From Myxococcota bacterium (GTDB lineage Bacteria; Myxococcota_A; SURF-8), in NCBI GenBank assembly GCA_965140415.1, contig OZ223209.1:2688001-2752000 (forward strand): a stretch of DNA of 64,000 nt, given 5' to 3'. How positions within the stretch are numbered: position 1 is the first letter of the stretch; every line of letters starts with the position of its first letter. The notes under the pieces were generated by a model. It made no database searches. It saw only the letters and a program-made list of their open reading frames with translations, and was not told the DNA's origin. Position numbers and translations under genes: made by a program. This document shows, in pieces, positions 59,809 through 64,000 of this stretch.

Positions 59809-61085
59809 GGCAACCTCTATTAATGCGTTTTGAGACCGGCGACTTTCACATTTCCTCGATTTCAGTTTGAGTTCCTATTTGCTTTGCAGATTTTGAGACC
59901 CATCCACCATAGACTTTCGATCCATTTCGCATAGAGCTGAAGAGATCAGCTGCCATGTACCCCGATTCATCCCGCCGCCTGCGCCAAACCGGCGTAGCGA
60001 TCCAGGTTGTAGGCCAGATTGCGCAGGCCGATCTTGACGCTCGCCCGCACCAGACCCTCCACGTGGACGATCCCATCACCCACCCGCTTCGCCTGAATCC
60101 CGAACACATGTTCCACCCGGCTGCGTATCCTGGCGCGCGTGCGGTTGCCTCTTTGCTCCCAATCCGTCAAGGGACGATTGCGATAACCCTTGCGTTGCAG
60201 ATGCTCGCGGAATCCATCGGCCTTCAGGTTCTGCATGTTCTCTTCCGAACGATAGGCCGAATCCGCCCATACGTCACGGCTGGTGTTGGACTCATCCAGC
60301 AACTCCTCAAACACCCGGCTGTCGTGAACCGCCGCGTCGGTCACGGCGTAGCTGCGGACGAACTTGTGTTTCACGTCCACGGAAATATGATTCTTGTAAC
60401 CATAGTAGGTGACGCCGCGCTTCTTCGTCCAGCGCGCATCCACATCCTTCTGCCGCCGCTTCGCTTCACTCCAGTCGCCCGGAGCATCGCCTTGCTTGAT
60501 CGTCTCGTTCTCGTCCCGACGGTTGCGCTGTTTGGGCACGGACACGATACTCGCGTCCACGATTTGACCCTTCTGGGCCGCAAAGCCATGCTCTGTAAGA
60601 AACGCATTGAACTGTACGAAAATAGTCTCGACCAGACCCGCCTCCTTCAACCGTTCCCGAAACAGCCAGATGGTTTTGGCGTCCGGCACGGCGTCGCCAA
60701 GCTCCAGCCCCAAAAAACGCATGAAAGAAAGGCGGTCGAGCACCTGCTGCTCGGTCTGGTCGTCGGAGAGATTATAGAGCGACTGCAACACCAGCATCTT
60801 GAACATCAGGATCACATCGAAAGGTTTGCGCCCGGCCGTGCTTTTACGCGGCTTGTCGTGAATCGTTTCAAGCCCCTCGCGAAAAGATTCCCAGGGAACC
60901 AGGGCGTTCAACTTGCTCAACGGGTCGCCGTTGCGGTCGATCTTTTTCAGGCGGAACTGTAAATCGAAGAGACCGGGGGACGACATGGCAAAAGGCCTTT
61001 CAATAGTGGGGAAGAGCGATAATACTGAGTATATCAGACAATCATTTTCACTTCATGGAAATTCAGTTCATTTTTAGAGGTAGCC
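59809..61085 (-). mobile_element. Complete IS5-family element with TTAA target duplication
   Basis: IRs GGCAACCTCTA / TAGAGGTAGCC; TTAA at 59805-59808 and 61086-61089. Confidence 0.9.
59967..60986 (-). CDS. IS5-family transposase
   Basis: GRKPF, LSD..E..DRLSF..F, VDAS, YGYK.H, ADSAY, RSRVEHVF. Confidence 0.93.
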   Translation of the reverse strand: MSSPGLFDLQFRLKKIDRNGDPLSKLNALVPWESFREGLETIHDKPRKSTAGRKPFDVILMFKMLVLQSLYNLSDDQTEQQVLDRLSFMRFLGLELGDAVPDAKTIWLFRERLKEAGLVETIFVQFNAFLTEHGFAAQKGQIVDASIVSVPKQRNRRDENETIKQGDAPGDWSEAKRRQKDVDARWTKKRGVTYYGYKNHISVDVKHKFVRSYAVTDAAVHDSRVFEELLDESNTSRDVWADSAYRSEENMQNLKADGFREHLQRKGYRNRPLTDWEQRGNRTRARIRSRVEHVFGIQAKRVGDGIVHVEGLVRASVKIGLRNLAYNLDRYAGLAQAAG

Positions 61086-61094
61086 TTAACTTGA

Positions 61095-61119
61095 CCCTCG
61101 CATAAAGGCGAGGGCTTTT
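61095..61119 (+). terminator. Hairpin terminator of the LamG gene, displaced by IS5
   Basis: CCCTCGC-ataaag-GCGAGGG-ctttt. Confidence 0.55.
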
Positions 61120-61429
61120 GACCTGCTTTTTCCGACTTGTCGCGCAACTCGTCTCATCATGACCGGGGGGGTATTGGATTCTTGCGGGAGCCGTCTTATC
61201 TTATCTGCTTTTACGTTTGGCTGCTCAATACCAGGGTGGCAAGCTGAAACAGTGGTTTCGTTTTCATCGTCTGACTCCTTTCTGAAATCGCATTCTCAGA
61301 TTGCTAACTGTCTTTACATAAAAGATGCTGAAATCGGTTTGACGTTACAATATTTTTTCGCACCGAAGTGTTTTTCTAGAATGATCATTGCTAGCTTGTT
61401 GACACTAAAAGAAGAGGCCGAAACCTGCG

Positions 61430-61688
61430 AGCTTTACGCAATAACATTATGGAAGAAATAGAGCGAGTTGAGCAAGAAGGCAGTGATTTCTCGGCTCTGT
61501 TCCCGCTCATTTCGGGCGAGCGTGCCCGTCAAGTCTGGAAAAACGGTGATGCTCAAAATGCGATGCTCACGGTAGGGCAATCTGTTGGTCGGATCGATGA
61601 TATCCCCACCGTTGCCGAACTCGTCTCTCGCATGGTGACAGAGTGTCAGCAATCGTTGAATTTAGCGCAACAACAGGTAGGAAGTTAG
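61430..61688 (+). pseudogene. C-terminal fragment of a nitronate monooxygenase-family gene
   Basis: LISGERARQVWKNGD...GQSVGRIDDIPTVAELVSRM; N-terminal majority absent. Confidence 0.65.
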
Positions 61689-61743
61689 GTCATATTGGAT
61701 CTGTTCTGCCGCTGTGTGTAGATTAAAGGATCTGGGCAGCTTA

Positions 61744-62160
61744 TTAAGATAAGCGATGCCACACTGCTCGTTCTAATGTCTCCGTTAAATTCGACAGGAC
61801 ACGTTGTTGGATAAATATCGTCTCCATAATGGCTTTTAGGCTGTTGTTTTCGACACTTGCTTCCTTACTTAAATCAACCTTCCGCATAGACCAGTCTGGG
61901 AAGATCCTTTTGGCAACATTGTCTTCTTGATTTAATACCAGAACATCCTGATGACGACTATCGCTTCGAATTCGTCCCATTAGCGGGTCAATTGTTTCCT
62001 CTGGTCCTTCGATTATCTGGAAAAACAGGTCACCTGAGACCATAAAGACCCCAGTGATGTCATCCCGCTTGTTGTTAGCGGCAGCCTTGTCAGCCAACTC
62101 TTGAATATCCTCAGATGAAAGAGCCTGCGCAAAACGGCTGATATACTTGATTCTCTTCAT
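61744..62160 (-). CDS. BLUF-domain blue-light sensor
   Basis: YISR, NN..DITG, FFQIIEG, I.SDSRH, RIFPDWSM. Confidence 0.92.
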   Translation of the reverse strand: MKRIKYISRFAQALSSEDIQELADKAAANNKRDDITGVFMVSGDLFFQIIEGPEETIDPLMGRIRSDSRHQDVLVLNQEDNVAKRIFPDWSMRKVDLSKEASVENNSLKAIMETIFIQQRVLSNLTETLERAVWHRLS

Positions 62161-62184
62161 CGCTATCTCCTTATCATTTGCTAA

Positions 62185-62634
62185 CTATGACTTGTCTGCG
62201 TATTCTTTTATTCGAGTCGCCAGCCATCTTGCATGGTCAGCTTCCTGTTCGGCAATTTTCAAGAGTGTTTCACGATCGTTTCCTTCAAACTGGTCTGCTA
62301 GGGCGGAGTAAAATAGCTCAGCATTGTTTTCGGCGTCTTTGGCCAAGACGAGAGCATCCTCATAAGAGATTTCATCAGCGTTTTTCCATATGGAAACCGT
62401 TTCGACAAAATCAACCTCTCTGTCTGCTTGATCCGGCAGGGCGGCAGCATCCATTGTCCGCCATATTTCTTCTATCTGCCGTTTGTGTTCTTGTTCCTTT
62501 TCCGCCATTTCATCGAAAAAGGATTGAGCACTTTCGTTATCCGTGTATTCTTTGAGTGACCTGTAAAAGTCGCTCGATGCCTGCTCCGATTCGATGGCAT
62601 TCCGTAGGGCTTGGCGTATGCTAAATTTCTCCAT
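62185..62634 (-). CDS. Rubrerythrin/ferritin-like protein
   Basis: AIESEQASSDFY...EKEQEH and AENNAELFY...EQEADH. Confidence 0.85.
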   Translation of the reverse strand: MEKFSIRQALRNAIESEQASSDFYRSLKEYTDNESAQSFFDEMAEKEQEHKRQIEEIWRTMDAAALPDQADREVDFVETVSIWKNADEISYEDALVLAKDAENNAELFYSALADQFEGNDRETLLKIAEQEADHARWLATRIKEYADKS

Positions 62635-62789
62635 GTTGCACCTCTCGATTTCCCATTTATTAAACGGAATTGTACCGCACACCTTTAAAACTTCCAACGA
62701 TTAAACAAATAGATTTTCATTTCACTTAAATCGAGGGTACTATGCTATGATCGAATCGTGAGGAAACATAAACAACGAGGAAATGAACA

Positions 62790-63512
62790 ATGAAAACAAG
62801 GAATATGGGTGGTGACCTTGTATGGATACTTTGTATATCGTTAACACTAGCTTTTGCTTGCAACGACAAGGATGATGATAACCAAACAGATGGCGATCAG
62901 TATACTATTGTGGATGGAGACACGACTGACTCCGAAGAAGATACAATGGTCGATGGTGACCAAGACTCCATGGAAAATGAATCTGAAGATGACAACGAGG
63001 AGTTGATTTCTCAAACCGTCTTTTCTCCTTATGTAGAAGAAGAGAAAACAGTGGCCTATGTAGATCTCCCCCGATATTTGGGAAAATGGTATGAAATCGC
63101 AACCTACACCATACCCTTCCAAGAAGGTTGTACTGGCTCAACCGCAACGTATTCCCTAAACGAAGATGAAAGCATTTCCGTCGCCAACGAATGTTTCCTG
63201 GAATCGCTCAACGGAGAGTACAAGATTGATACGGCACGGGCTGAGGTTGTGAATACGGACTCCAATGCAGAGTTGGTCGTGTATTTCACCGAAGATTTCG
63301 GGGCCGACTACTGGATCATCGAGCTTGATGGTCAGGATACGGAAGAACCTTACGAATGGGCCGTAGTCGGAAGCAGCCTATCTATTTTTCTTTGGGTTTT
63401 GAACCGAACCCCACAGATGGACAATGGCCGACTTGATCTTATTTTAGAAAGGCTGGAAACCAGAGGATATGATCTTGATAACCTCGATTTCACCATACAG
63501 CCAGAAGAATAA
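62790..63512 (+). CDS. blc: Lipocalin (Blc-like) lipoprotein with DGD linker
   Basis: VDLPRYLGKWYEIA, ATYSL, DYWII, LWVLNRTP; lipobox AFAC. Confidence 0.85.
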   Translation: MKTRNMGGDLVWILCISLTLAFACNDKDDDNQTDGDQYTIVDGDTTDSEEDTMVDGDQDSMENESEDDNEELISQTVFSPYVEEEKTVAYVDLPRYLGKWYEIATYTIPFQEGCTGSTATYSLNEDESISVANECFLESLNGEYKIDTARAEVVNTDSNAELVVYFTEDFGADYWIIELDGQDTEEPYEWAVVGSSLSIFLWVLNRTPQMDNGRLDLILERLETRGYDLDNLDFTIQPEE

Positions 63513-63523
63513 AAAGCTGTTTC

Positions 63524-63991
63524 ATGGGACTCCACCGTATTAATCAGAAGTTGGAGCTTCCCATTTCCGTAGAGGAAGCATGGCACTTTTTCTCCGATCC
63601 GCGGAATCTTTAATGCATCACCCCGGAGGAAATGGGGTTCACGATCACCAATGATATCACTTATCCGGTCTATCCGGGAATGATCATCACATATCGTGTT
63701 TCACCATTATTGGGGATTCCCATGACTTGGGTTTCGGAAATAAGCCATGTAATTGAAGGCAAGCTTTTTGTTGATGAGCAACGCTTTGGACCCTATCGTT
63801 TCTGGCATCACAAGCACCTATTCCATCCAATGACTAGCGGGGTGATTATCGAAGATATTGTAGACTATGCATTGCCTTTCGGCCCATTGGGAGACTTGGT
63901 CCACGCGGTTCTGGTTAGGCGTCAATTAAAGGGCATTTTTGACTATAGGTCAAAGGTTCTGCTGAAACTCTTTAGCTCAGATTCAGAGTGA
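63524..63991 (+). pseudogene. SRPBCC-family protein with an in-frame TAA
   Basis: MGLHRINQKLELPISVEEAWHFFSDPRNL*CITPEEMGF; TAA at 63611-63613; FVDEQRFGPYRFWHH downstream. Confidence 0.75.
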
Positions 63992-64000
63992 TTCCTTATC

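Larger units (their letters stand above)
34432..61450. mobile_element. tRNA-Ala-associated integrative genomic island (right boundary uncertain)
   Basis: Integrase abuts the tRNA 3' end; Xis-like gene, DUF2958, many IS remnants and pseudogenes, mosaic GC. No attR seen; end coordinate is a guess. Confidence 0.6.

Noticed and set aside
59955-60962. 335-aa plus-strand ORF
   Set aside because: Antisense shadow of the IS5 transposase; no motifs or RBS seen.
63611-63613. Programmed stop readthrough in the SRPBCC gene
   Set aside because: The stop is TAA, not TGA/TAG; simple nonsense mutation or sequencing error is more likely.
1-64000. CRISPR array, rRNA, reverse transcriptase/retron/DGR
   Set aside because: No regularly spaced repeat-spacer array, rRNA-like sequence or RT motif seen; the 92-bp repeat is non-coding and lacks A-specific variation.

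Overview
Bacterial chromosomal window, probably from a Myxococcota/deltaproteobacterial lineage (inferred from gene content: TamB-Omp85 pair, FHA/zinc-ribbon protein, acidic DGD-linker lipoproteins). 1-34431 looks like core genome: a surface-polysaccharide locus (flippase, three Acetyltransf_6-type GNAT domains, GT2-nucleotidyltransferase fusion, AlkP-family enzyme), an ECF sigma operon, a partial GAK ATP-grasp pair, tamB/Omp85, hisC, manC, an FHA protein and tRNA-Ala(GGC). Directly after the tRNA begins a mosaic, partly decayed integrative island: tyrosine integrase, Xis-like gene, an atypical sigma54 enhancer-binding protein (bEBP), a secreted caspase/WD40-DUF4384-CsgG-like cluster, a ThiF gene with two small peptides, DUF2958, sialidase, a 7-PAS hybrid kinase, an OmpR two-component pair, many IS remnants and one intact IS5. 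No attR copy was found, so the right end is undefined. The best candidate for an undescribed system is the island's control module: a sigma54 -24/-12 promoter facing xis-int, with 21-bp-phased TTGGAAAG repeats at enhancer distance that recur upstream of the bEBP gene itself. All calls are by eye from motifs; no searches were run.
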